In this document: in pieces, positions 47,350 through 58,445 of the stretch | How the letters are laid out: every line of letters starts with the position of its first letter | Position numbering within the stretch: position 1 is the stretch's first letter | Assembly (NCBI GenBank): GCA_014905635.1 | Contig: JABVCE010000015.1 | Span: 62,001-126,000 of the forward strand | Direction: 5' to 3' | DNA: 64,000 nucleotides | Source: Scenedesmus sp. PABB004 | Lineage: Eukaryota | The notes under the pieces: model-generated | The model's input: only the letters and a program-made list of their open reading frames with translations | Databases searched by the model: none | Told to the model about the DNA's origin: nothing | Position numbers and translations under genes: made by a program

Positions 47350-48556
47350 TCACGCCCCCCGCCGCCGCGCCGCGCGCTCGCCCGCCAGGCCTTTGCCGCG
47401 GCGCGTGACTACATCAAGTCGAGCTTCGACCTCCCCGCGCTGCGCCGCGTGTTCGAGGTGCGCCCGCGCGCCGCCCGCCCCGTGCGCCGCCCGCCCGGCG
47501 CCGCCGCCGGGCTGGCCGGCGCCGCGCGCGCGCCGAGCGGGCCGGGGCCCGTCCAAACCCTCAACCCCTCTGCGCGCCGCGCCAGGTGTGTGACGTGCTG
47601 GGCGTGTCGCACTACGCGCCCATGCCGACGGGCAGCCTCAACTTTGCGAGCTTCGAGGTGCGCGCTAGGGTTTTGGGTTTAGGCACGCCCCGCCCGCGCC
47701 CCTGCGCCCCGCGCTCCCCGCCGGGGCCGCCCGGCCCACGCCCGCCGCGCCTCACGATCACCTCACCTCACCTCACCCTCGCCCTTCGCCCGACGCGCCG
47801 CCGCCGCCCGCCGCCGCCACGTCATCATCGCGTCATATTGTTGTAACGCCCGCCCAGCTGCCCGTGATGACGACGTCGTACGAGCTGCGCCTCTGGGGCG
47901 TCGACCTGCGGTCGCTGCTGCTCTCCACGCGGCGTGACTTTGTGTTCAGCGAGCTCGGCCTCGGCGGCGCCGCGCCGGACGGACGGTGAGCGCGCGCTCG
48001 CATGTGTTTGTGTGGTGGGGGGTGGGGAGGGGGGTGCTTTGGCGTGCGCCCGCCGGCGTGCTGACGCCCGCGCCGCGTCGCCGCGCCGCCGCCGCAGCTC
48101 GGCCGCGACCGACCTCGCCTCGCTCGCGGAGGAGGCGGCCAACGGCATATGGGCGGTCTACAACACCGCGCAGGCGCGCCGCGCTGCGCACCCCGCCGCG
48201 TGCCCCGCCGCGCGCCCCGCCGCAACCCGCCGCCGCCGCCGCCGCCGCCGCGCCTGAAACCCTCCGCCTCCTAAACCCCGCGCGCTCGCGCCCTTAACCG
48301 TAAATCCTGCCCCCCGCAGGACCCGTGGCGCCGCGCCGACTTTCGTGACTACCGGCGCCGCTGGTTCTACAACCTCCTCGGCTTCCTCCGCTACGGGGGC
48401 AGCCCCAACGTCAAGATCAACGCCGCGTTCGTGTGGAGCGTGGGGTCGTTTGACGTCGCGGGCGTGCACCCGATCAGCAGCAGCCCCGCGGGGAGCTACG
48501 CCGACCCCGAGATCGTGTCGTGGATGAAGCGCCTGTCCAGCTTCAGCGTGTTCTGA
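45588..48556 (+). CDS. Secreted uncharacterised protein, probable glycoside-hydrolase-like TIM barrel
   Basis: Signal peptide MKPRILGAVLALLLLSSAGVVAAA. Exons ILNHIDD..WRN, FMVAGEMG, VGLALHWNK, DVLGVSHYAP, FVFSELGLGG, AAFVWSVGSFDVAGVHP. Confidence 0.75.
46766..46821. repeat. (GT)n intronic microsatellite
   Basis: Pure GT run just after a donor site. Confidence 0.95.
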
Positions 48557-49870
48557 GGCAGGCCCGGCGCAAAAGGGGGGCGGGAGGGGGAGGGGGATTG
48601 CTGCGCGCGGCGCGCGGTTTTGGGGGGCCGCTGCCACGAGCGCGACCCGCCGCGCGCAGCGGCCGCAGCGCTGCCGCCGCAGGGGAGGCGGGGGCGCGCG
48701 GTGCGGTCGCTGCGCTGCCGCCGCGTGCCCAGGTGGGCGCCTGCCGCCTGCGGGCGTCCTTTGACCAGCTTTTGACCAGCTTTGACCAGCGTGTTGTTGC
48801 CTCGCCCAGGCCAGCTCCCCTCGCAGATTGTACGCACCGAGTTATGTTGTTGTGTGCGCGCGCAAATGCCCCATTCATTTCCTCAGCACTGCCATTGACG
48901 ACTGCCAGCGCAGGCCGCGCGCGTGTGCGACAGCTGAATCGCTTGCCAACGCACGCGCCCTGCGATGCGCGGCGGCCGCGCACCAGCGCCCGCGCCAGGG
49001 CCGCTCGCCGCGCCTACCGGGGCCGGCCGGCGCGGCAGGCGGGCCGCTGGCGGCGCATGCCGCGGCGGGGCCGCAATTGCGGCCGCGCCCAGCACATGTA
49101 TATGTATATGTATATCAATGCACCCACCCACCACCTCACAGGAGGGAGGCGGCCGGCCCCTCGTCGCTGAAACAGCGCGACGGCGGCCGGCCACCCGGCG
49201 CGCGCTCCTCACCCCGCCCTCGCCTGCCCACCCAACACGACGACCGCACCCAAGGTTGGGCTGCCTGCCTGCTTGTCGTAGCTCGCCGTCAGTCGGTGCC
49301 GTAGCTCGTTGCTTCCTGGGAGCTCCCAGGGCCCTCCTCGAGGGCGCTGCGCGCGCGCTGCGAGAGAGCGCGCGGCGCAGTGCCCTCGTCGTCGCAGACG
49401 ATTGGATCGCCGGCCTCACTTGACCTTGACTTGACCAGCTAGAGCTGCTCTGTGACGCATGAGCGCAGCGCTGCTGCGGGCGGGTGGGTGCGTGAAACCG
49501 AAACGCACTGGCAGACCGCGCTGCGGGCTGCGTGTGGCGATCGCAGTCGGGCGCTTGTGCATGCGCCGAGCCGCGCGCGTCTGTTGTTGCCCGAGCCGCC
49601 GCCGCACCGATCGCGCCCCCCGAGGCAGGCGCCCCCCGCCCACGCTCCGGCAAAACCGCGCGGCGCGGCCGCGCCGGCGCACGCGGGGCAGCTTCCCCCA
49701 AAACCGCTGCAAAGGCCCCGCGCGCGAGAGTCAAGTGCCGCCGCATCCGCCCCAGTGCAGGCGGCGCCGCGCGCCTCGACCTGCCTATGTGCTGCGCCTA
49801 GCCAGCCAGCGCGAGCCGCCGCCGCCCGGGACAAAAACGCTCCGCCCGTGCCCCTCCCCAACCCGCTGCC

Positions 49871-51274
49871 TCAGCAGCCGGACGACACCTCCATGCTCTC
49901 CGCGCCGCCGCCGCAGCCGCCGCCGCCCAGGCAGGTGCCCTCGGACGCCACCGACATGCGGTCGTCGTCGCTGGCAGCAGAGCCGCCGCCGCCGCACGCG
50001 CGCTTGCGCGCGCGCCCCGCGCCGCCGCCGCCGCCGCCGACGCCGTCCTCGCCCGCCGCCGCCGCCATGCCCACGTCCGCACGGCCGGGGCCCTCCACGC
50101 TCGCCTGGCTGGGCGGGCGGCTGGCCGCGAGGTCCTCAAGCTCCGCCAGGTCGAGGCAGCTGCCCGTGCCCTGCTCCGAGCCCGGGCCGGCCGCGCCAAA
50201 GCCGGCGCCGGCGCCGGGGTCGAGGAAGCACGAGCCGCCGTCGCTCCCGCCAGACAGCGCGGCCGCAGGCGCGCGCCCGCCGCACCCGACGCTCAGCGCC
50301 GCGAGCAGCGCCGCGGGGCAGGGCAGCCCCGCGGCCGGCCCGGCGCGGCTGCGCCGGCCGCCGCCGCCGACGTCGTCGCAGTCGTCGCACTCGCGCTCGC
50401 GCCCGCGCGCGGCCGCCGCCTCGGCCGCCGCCGCCGCGGCCGCGGCAGCCGCGGCCGCCGCGCCGCCGCGCGCGCCGCCGGCCGCCGCGTCCGCCGCGAC
50501 GGCGGCCGCCGCGGCGGCGGCGTCGTAGGCCCCGTACTGCCGCACCGCGGCGTCGCTGTAGATGAAGGCCTTGGCCGGCGCGTTGAAGCGCACGCCGCCG
50601 TAGCCCGAGGCCGCGCAGACCGTGTAGGCGCCGGCAAAGTTGAACTAGCAGGGTGGGGGCCGGGGCAGCGGGCGGCGGCGCGACAGGCGGCGGCGGCGTG
50701 AGGCAGCGCGCCCAGCCGCAGGCCGCGGCGGCCCGCGCCCGGGCGGCAGCGGCGGCAGCGGCGGGCCAGCAAGACCGCGCCCGGGCGGCAGCGGCGGCGG
50801 AAGCGCCACCACGCGCCAGCGGCGGCGGCGCACCTGCAGGAAGTCTCCGTCCCGCAGCGGCGGCAGCAGCGCCGCCTCGTGCACCAGGTCGCCGTCGCGG
50901 TCGCTGCTGCCCCAGAGCCGGGCGCGCGTGAGCCCCGCGCAGCCGTCGGCGCCGCAGCCGTCGGCGCCCGCGCCGCAGCACGCGCCCGCGCCGCCGTCGG
51001 AGCCGTCGGCGAGGCGCGGCAGCAGCGGGCTGCGCAGCACCGTGTAGGTCGGCTCCAGGCCGTCCACCGTGACCTGGCGCCGGGCAGGGACGCGGCGCGT
51101 ATGAGCAGGCGGGCGCTCGCAGGCTCCGCGCCGCCGACCGAGCGCACGGGCACGCAGGGGCACGCAGGCACATGCGCAGGCACGCACACGCACACGCACA
51201 CACGCACACACGCACACACGCACACACACACACACACACTCACACACTCACACACGCTCGCACGCTCGCTCGCT

Positions 51275-51353
<79 letters not shown>

Positions 51354-53894
51354 GCGCCCAAAGCGCCCCACCTGGATGCGGAAGGCGCCGTAGGTGCTGT
51401 CGCTGAGCCAGTAGTCCCGGAACGGCCGCCCGCCCGCGCACGTGCCGACGCGCTGCCCCAGGATCGCCGTGAAGAGCGTCGCCGACGTCTCGGCAAAGTA
51501 CCTGCGGCGCGGCGAGCGGCGGGTTCAGGGTTCAGGGTTCAGGCCGGGCTCAGGGCTCAGGGCTCAGGGCCGGGCGTGGCTCAATGGGTCGGGCGGCGGG
51601 CCGGCGGCGCGGGCGGCGGCGCGCGGCGGCGCGGCGGCCGCGCCTGCCGGGCTCGGCGATGATGCGCACGCCGCGCTCGGGCGGGAAGTGGCGCGCGAGC
51701 GCGGCGTTGATGACGGCGGCCGTCTGCGGGCGCGCGGGCGCGGGCGCGCGCGGGCGCGGCTCGGACCGCCGCGCGCGGCGCGCCGGCCGGCCGCAGCCCC
51801 ACCCGCCCGCACGGCCAGGCGCGCAGCCGGCGCCGGGCCCGCAGCCACACGCGCGGCGCCGCCGCACCTCGTAGAAGAGGCGCGCGCTCTCCTCGCTGTA
51901 CGGCGCGGTGAAGCCGCCGCCGATGTCGAGCAGCTCGAGCGGCGCAAAGCCGGCGGCCTCGGCGGCGTCAAACGCGGCCGCCGCCGCCGCGATCGCGTCG
52001 CCGTAGACCGCCACGTTGGCGCAGCCGCTGCCGACGTGGAAGCTCACGCCCGACACCTGCGTCCCACGGGCCGGGCGCGGCGCCGGGGGCGGCGGCAGCG
52101 CGGGCTGAGCGGCGGGCACGGAGGCCGGCGGGCGGCGGGCGCGCCTCCGCGCGGGGGCTCGCGGCGGCGCAGGGGCGCGCGGGGCTCAGCCCGTGTCGGG
52201 CGCGGCGCCGGGCGGCGCAGGGGCGCGGGGCTCAGCACGTGTCGGGCGCGGCGCCGGGCGGGCGGCGCACCGTGAGGCCGAGCGCCTTGGCCTCGGCGAG
52301 CAGGCCGGGCACGTCGGCGGGGTCGGCGCCGTACTTCAGCCCCAGGTTGATCTTGGCGGTGGCTGCGCGGCGCGGCGCGGCGCGGGGCGGGGCGGGGCAC
52401 GCCGGCGGCGGCCAAGTTGATCTTGGCGGTGGCTGCGCGGCGCGGCGCTTGGCGGGGGGGGGGGGGGGGGCCCGCGCCGCGCGCGCGCTGCGCGTGCGCA
52501 CGGTCGTCGCAGCGGATGCGCAGCACGTTCTTGAACCCCGGGCAGCCCGCCGCAATCTTGTGGAGCTCGCTGGCGGTGTCAAAGGTCGTGTACTCGACGC
52601 CCGCCTCGCGCGCATACCTGCACGGCGGCGGCGCGGCGCGGCGCGGCGCGGCGCGGCGCGGCGCGGGTGGGTGGTGGCCGCACGCGCCGGGGGCGCGCCC
52701 GCCGCGGCGCGGCGCGGACACGGGCGGGCGCCGCGCCCGGGGGCGCGCGCGCGCGCGCACCGGAAGTCGGCGGGGCGCTTGCAGGGGTTTGCGAAGATCA
52801 CGCGCTCGCGCGGCACGCCTGCCGCGGCGGCGCACGCGAGCTCCGCCACGCTCGCGCAGTCCATGCCCGCGCCCAGCGCGGCGAGCATCTCCACGAGTGC
52901 CGGCTCGGGGTTGCACTGCGGCGCGGCGCGGCGCGGCGCGGGGCGGCGTGATGCGCGCGTGCCGAGCCGCAGCAGACGCCGGAGGTGAGGCCTGCCTTAC
53001 AGGGTTGAGGCGCCGCCCGCCCCGAGCGCCCAGCGCGTTAAAACCCCGAGCGCCCCGCGCGGCCTAAAACCCTGCACCCCGTGTGGCCTTAAACCCCGGC
53101 GCACCTTGACCGCGTAGTAGGGCGCCACGCGCGGCAGCGCCTCGCACCACGCCGCGTGAAGGCGCGACACCTGCGCGCCGCGCGGCGGGCGGGTGCGGCG
53201 CGCGTCGGCGCGCGTCGGCGCGCGTCGGCGCGGCGTCTGACCCAAGCGCCGAACCAACGCGCGCGCGCCCTCTCTCGGCCTCACTCAAAGCAACAAGCAA
53301 CAGCGTTCACGCGCAACAGCAGCGTTCACACGCGCGCCGCCGCACCTCGCCGAGGTCATAGACATAGAGCGTGTCGGCGAGGCCGCCCTCGGCGATGAGG
53401 CCCGACGCCGCGGCCGCGACGCCGGCGGGGCAGCCCGCGGGCACGCGCGCGGCGCGGTAGCGCGCGAGCACGGTCGCGACGGCCGCCGCGCGCGCGGCGG
53501 CGGCCTCGGCCTCGGCCGCGGCGGACGCCGCGGCGGCGGCGGCCGCCGCGGCGGCGGACGAGCCCGCGACGTAGCCGGGCTTGCAGGACGCCGCGGCGAG
53601 CAGGGCGTCCAGGTCCATGCCGTCGTCGCACGGCGCAGGCAGGCCCGCGCCGCGGGGCAGCGGCAGCGACCCGGCCGCGCACAGGGGCGCGGGCGCGGCG
53701 CCGGCGCGCCAGCCGCCGGGCGCGCCGCACGTGGCGGCGCGCTGCGCGCTGCCCGCGGCCATGCCGCACAGGCTCGCGGCCGCGGTGGCGACGTCGGGCG
53801 CCACGCCGCCGGCGGCGGCGGCGCCGCGCGGCTCGCGGCCGGCGGCCATGGCCGCAAAGGGTGAGGCCTCAAACTGCATGCTGCTGCCCGGCAT
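49871..53894 (-). CDS. ODC: Ornithine decarboxylase homolog (fold-type III PLP enzyme) with an atypical active site
   Basis: LYVYDLG, PYYAVK|CN (PLP Lys), GMDCAS, IFANPCK, TTFD..EL.K, KYGA, GVSFHVGSG, LLDIGGGF, IIAEPGRYF, GAYT. The canonical GPTCD is replaced by GSSDRD. Confidence 0.9.
51180..51352. repeat. Compound (CA)n/(CGCA)n intronic microsatellite
   Basis: Visible directly in an ODC intron. Confidence 0.9.
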
Positions 53895-53995
53895 GCTGCG
53901 CGGCGGCGGCGCTCGCGGCGCGCGCCGGCGGGCGCAGGGCGGGGGCTGGGATGGCGCTGCTGCTAGTACGGTGCTTGTGCTCGCGTGGCGGGCTG

Positions 53996-54130
53996 CTAGC
54001 CGAAGCGCGGGTGCCCGTGGCGGCGGCCCTTGCACAGCGTCTGCGCGACCACCTGCACGCCGCGGGCGAGCTGCTTCACGCGGCCCTTGCTACACGTACT
54101 GGTGCAGGACCAACTAGAGCTCAGGAACAT
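53996..54130 (-). promoter_or_regulatory. 44-codon uORF in the putative 5' leader of the ODC homolog
   Basis: ATG at 54130 to TAG at 53996 encodes MFLSSSWSCTSTCSKGRVKQLARGVQVVAQTLCKGRRHGHPRFG. GC content is lower than the flanks; it ends ~100 nt before the main ATG. Confidence 0.55.
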
Positions 54131-55010
54131 TCTGCGGGGGCGCGAGCGGCCGGGCGCGCGCGAGCCGCGAGCGCGGGCGCCGCGCGCGCGGGCGCGGGTG
54201 GCGTGAGCGAGTCGTTCAGCGCGCGCGCCGCGGCGGCGGCAGCGGCGGCGCCGCGCGCTGCGCTGGGGATGCCTGGCAATCCAGGGCGTCCGCCGGGCGG
54301 CGGCCGCTGCCGCGCAGCCGCAGGCAGCCCCCGGCTGCCGCGGCTGCCCGGCGAGCGGCGGCCGGCCGCTGCGGCAGCCAGCTGGCGCGCGGCGGTCGCG
54401 GGAGCCTGCTGCGCCGCCAGGGCGAGCCGGCCGCTGCCACGCCGCGGCCCGGCTGCCGCCCAGGCGCTGGCGCGGCCCCGGGGCTGCGCGGGCGCCGCCG
54501 AACTCGCAGCTGCTCCGCGCCCCCCGCGGCCAACGCCCGCCCCTCTGGCCCCCGGCGCCGTGCGGAGGCGGCTCCGCGCACGCCCACCTCAACGTGTCTG
54601 ACGGGAGGGGCGTGGGCACGGCGAGGGCGCCGCGGAGGTGCCAGCGCTGTGGCTGCGCGGCTGCGAGGGGGCGGGCGCGAGCTGCGCTGCCTGGGGGGCA
54701 ACACTGGCGGCTGCGGGCGTCAGTGGCGGTGGCGCGGGAGGCCGGGGAGCTGCGGGCGCGGAGGCAAGGCTTGGCGCGAGAGCGGCTGCGGGGGCAACGG
54801 ACAACGAGCGGCGAGAGGGAGGGCGTCTGGCTGTTGCGTCCTGAGTGCGCGGCCGGGGAGGGCGGCGCCGCGGCGCGCGGCGTGACGACGGCGGTCCGCC
54901 GCCGGTCGAAGCGCTGCGGCCGGGCGCGTCGGTGCGGCTCGGTTGCAATCCCGCCCGGCGCCGCTCCGTCCTCCACGGGCCGCGCGCTTGCCGTCACACG
55001 CCGCGGCGCC

Positions 55011-55124
55011 GCCGGCCGCACAGCGCGCGCGCGGCAGCGACCTCTGGGCGCGGGCGGCGGGGGCGCCCGCCGGCCGTGCGCGCGGCGGCTCACAGCAACT
55101 CTGCAACTCACACAAGCGCACAGC
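55011..55124 (+). repeat. 114-bp direct repeat (partner at 58329-58445)
   Basis: GCGGCAGCGACCTCTGGGCGCGGGCGGCGGGGGCGCCCGC..CTCACAGCAACTCTGCAACTCACACAAGCGCACAGC is present at both sites. Confidence 0.95.
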
Positions 55125-55231
55125 CGTCGTCGCCGCCGCAGCAAGCAGTCCGCGCGCACGCGAGCTGAGGCAACTCAGCGACCTCGCCGCGCCTCGCACC
55201 CCTTGCCCCCCTCACTCCGCCTCGGCGCGCC

Positions 55232-57951
55232 TCACCCCGTCTCACGCGCCGTCGCCACACCCGCGGCCAGCGCGCAGCACACCGGCTTGTGCGCGCGCCA
55301 CGCGGCGGCCTGGCAGGCGCGGCTGCAGAAGAACGCGGGCGCGGCCGACTTGACGCAGCCCGCGCACGCGCACGCCGGCCCGCGCACCGCCGCCAGCTCG
55401 CTGCGCGCGCCGATCAGCGCCACGCAGCGCGGGTTGTTGCAGCACGCGCGCAGCGGCAGCGCGGCGCACACCGCGCTGGCGAGCGCCGCCGCCTGCGCGG
55501 CCAGCAGAGGGCCGCGCTCCTGCAGCGCGGCAGAGCAGGCGGCTGCGCCGCCTGCCAGATGCGCTACCAGCTCAACCAGCTCCGCTGTCGCCGTGCGCAG
55601 TTGCGCGTGCTGCGCCAGCAGGCGCTCCAGGCCCGCGCGCGAGGCGTCCGCCGGCGGCCCCAGCGCGCGCAGGCGCGGGCCCAGCAGTGCCGCCGCTTGC
55701 TGCAGAAATCCCAGCAGTGTGGCGGGAGTTGTGAGCCGCGCTGGCTCGCCAGGCCTACCACCAGCGGTGTACGCGCCAGCCGCCGGCTGCGCCGCCAGCG
55801 CCTCGCTGAGCAGCTGCGCCAGCAGCGCCAGGCCGCGCGCCGCGAGCACCGCCCACAGCGCGGGCGGCTCGTACGCGAGCTGGCCGCCGCCGGCGACCAC
55901 GGCTGCCGGCTGCGCGCGCGCCACGGCGTCGCCGATGGCGCAGCCGGTGCGCACCGCCGCCAGGCTCCCAAACGCAAGCTGCGACAGCTGCTTAAGCGAA
56001 TCAGCCTCGCCTGCTGCGCACGGCGCGCCGGCCGCCGCTACGCACTTGAGCCCCGTGAGTAGGCAGGCAAACACCTCGCGCTGCAGCAGCAGGCCCGCGC
56101 CGCCGCCGGTCGCCGTCAGCGCCGGCCCGGCTGCAAGGCTGGGGCCGAGCCGGTGGATGGTGCCCAACAGCGAGGTGGCTGTGGCGTAGGCGACCTGTGA
56201 CCTCCCGTGGCCTGCCAAGGTCCTGACCGACGCCTCCAGCAGCCGGCAGAAGGTGGAGGGGTCCTGCCGCGCAAACGCCGCCAGCGCCGCGTCGGCTGCG
56301 CGGAAGTGGCAGCAGCGTGTGCAGCGGTGGGGGTGGCGTGAGCAATCGCAGGCTGGGCCAGCGCGCAGCGCCAGCTGACACAGCCAGCAGAAGCCAACCA
56401 GCGCGCCTCGCACCCGCCGGTCCGTTGCTGAGCAGCAGAAGCGCGCCACAGCGCTGCAGGGCGGGCTCGGCGGTTTCTGGTCTGACCTGCGGCGCTTGTG
56501 CGCCGCCCTGCCCCGCCGCCGCCTGGCCGCTGCCCGTGCTGCTGCCAGCGGCTGGCGCCAGCAGCGCGGCGGCGGCGGGCCGGGCGAGCGGCAGGAATGC
56601 GCGCAGCACCGCCGCCGCCGCCGCCTGATCGTCGTCCGGGACCTCCACACCAGGCACTGGCCGCAGGCCGCGCATGACGGCGCCGGCGCACGTCGAGCCA
56701 GCAGCCAGCAGGTGCGGCGTCGGCTGCAGCGCCACCAGCTCCAGCGCCGCCTCCGCCGCAGCGGCCGCCAGCTCAGCGGCGACCGCCGCCGGCAGGCCGC
56801 CCCCGCGCGCGCAGCTGGTCGGCCGCAAAATCTCAAACAGCGTCCCAACCGCGAGGATGCTGCACACGCCCAGCTCCTCATCATCCTCACCCTGTGGCAC
56901 CGCGGAGGCGTCCAGCTGCAGTGCACACAGCAGCGCGGCGTGCGCCGCCGGCACGGCGGGCGCACTGGAGCTAGCATCGCTGCTGCCGCCGCCGCCGCCA
57001 CCTGCGCTGGTCGCCCGGCCGCGCTGCGCCTCGTGCCGGTGCGCCGCGCGCAGGGCGAGGTCGGCCAGCAGCAGCCGCTGCATCGGGGGGTCCGACAGCA
57101 GCGCCCGCAGTGCCTCGTCGCTCACACGGCCGTGCTGCTGCGCCAGCACCAGGCTCTGAGCTGTTGACCAGGCTGTGGTGCGTGCCATATGCAAAGCTGC
57201 GTGCACGAGCTGCACGTTAGCAGCGCTCTGTGCGCGCCAGGCGGCGGCGCGGCGCAGCGCGGCGAGCGCCAGCCGCGCGACCGGCTGCACCAGCGGCAGC
57301 AGCGGGCCCTCCAGCTGGCGCTCCAGCGCCCAGGCGTTGTTGACAGCGCACGCCGCCCGCAATAGAGCAAACGCAGTGAGGCATTTCGAGCTGGAAAGCT
57401 GCAGCTGCTGCGGGGCGCTTGATGCCTCCAGCGCCGCGGCGAGGGCAGTGCACGCCGCGACCAGCAGTGGCAGCATGCCTGCGGGTGCGCAGCGGGTGCC
57501 ACCTGGTCAGTGATGGGCGAGGCAGCGGCTCGCGCGGACCCCCCACCGCCGCCAGCCGCCGCCGCTCACCCGCGCGCTCCACCTCGGCCGCCAGCTCCGC
57601 CTTGGGCGCGCCCAGGTCCTTGCGGATGCGGAAGCTCAGCTGAAGCACGTGGCACAGAGCATACATAGTGGCAGCAAAGCCCTCGCTGCCAGCCGCCCCG
57701 ACCTGCGTCGCCGGCGACGCCAACGGCAGCGCGCGCGCCACGGCCTGCGCCAGCCGCCGCTGCACGCCAGCGGCGAGCAGCGCGCTCAGGTCGGCGCAGG
57801 GCGAGCCCTTGTCATTTGCACTGTCGAACAATCCGGTAAAATAGGCGTGCAGCTGCTGCGCGGCAGCGCGCTCGGCCGCGAGCGCGCCGACGCTGCTCGC
57901 GCGCGCGCAGCGGCCCAGCCAGCCCGCCAGGGCCGCCGTCTCGGGCCGCAT
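55232..57951 (-). CDS. Ala/Leu-rich protein with C-terminal MYND-type zinc finger (divergent copy 4, apparently intact)
   Basis: Starts MRPETAALAGWL; ends PLRACCNNPRC..CAGCVKSAAPAFFCSRACQAAAWRAHKPVC. Same overall architecture as copies 1 and 3. Confidence 0.78.
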
Positions 57952-58328
57952 GCTGCCTGGGGCGCGGCCTCGCAGCGCTGGCAAGGGCAAGGGCAGGCGG
58001 GGGCTGGCAGGGCCGCGGCGGCGCAGCGGCGGAGCGGGCGCCGCTGCTGTCGCCGCTCACGCGCGGCCGCCACTCGGCTTCGCCGCAGGGCAGCGCGCCC
58101 GGGCAGGGCGGGCGCACCACAGCGTCTGCGGGGTGAGGTCTAGCCGGGGTGCGGAGGTGTGGCGGCGGCGGTGCGGCGCAAAGCTGGCGGCCGGCGCGCG
58201 GTTCAGGCGGCCGGCGCAGCCTCACGCGCCCGCAAGCCTGGCTGGTGCGGCCCGGTAGACGAGCTGGACCAGCGGTGGAGGGCCTGGCTGGAGGCGGCGC
58301 GGCGGCGCGCAGCGGCCCGCCAGGCGGC

Positions 58329-58445
58329 GCCGGCCGCACAGCGCGCGCGCGCGGCAGCGACCTCTGGGCGCGGGCGGCGGGGGCGCCCGCCTGGCCGTGC
58401 GCGCGGCGGCTCACAGCAACTCTGCAACTCACACAAGCGCACAGC
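58329..58445 (+). repeat. Direct-repeat partner of 55011-55124, downstream of PSF3
   Basis: Differs only by small indels. Confidence 0.95.
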
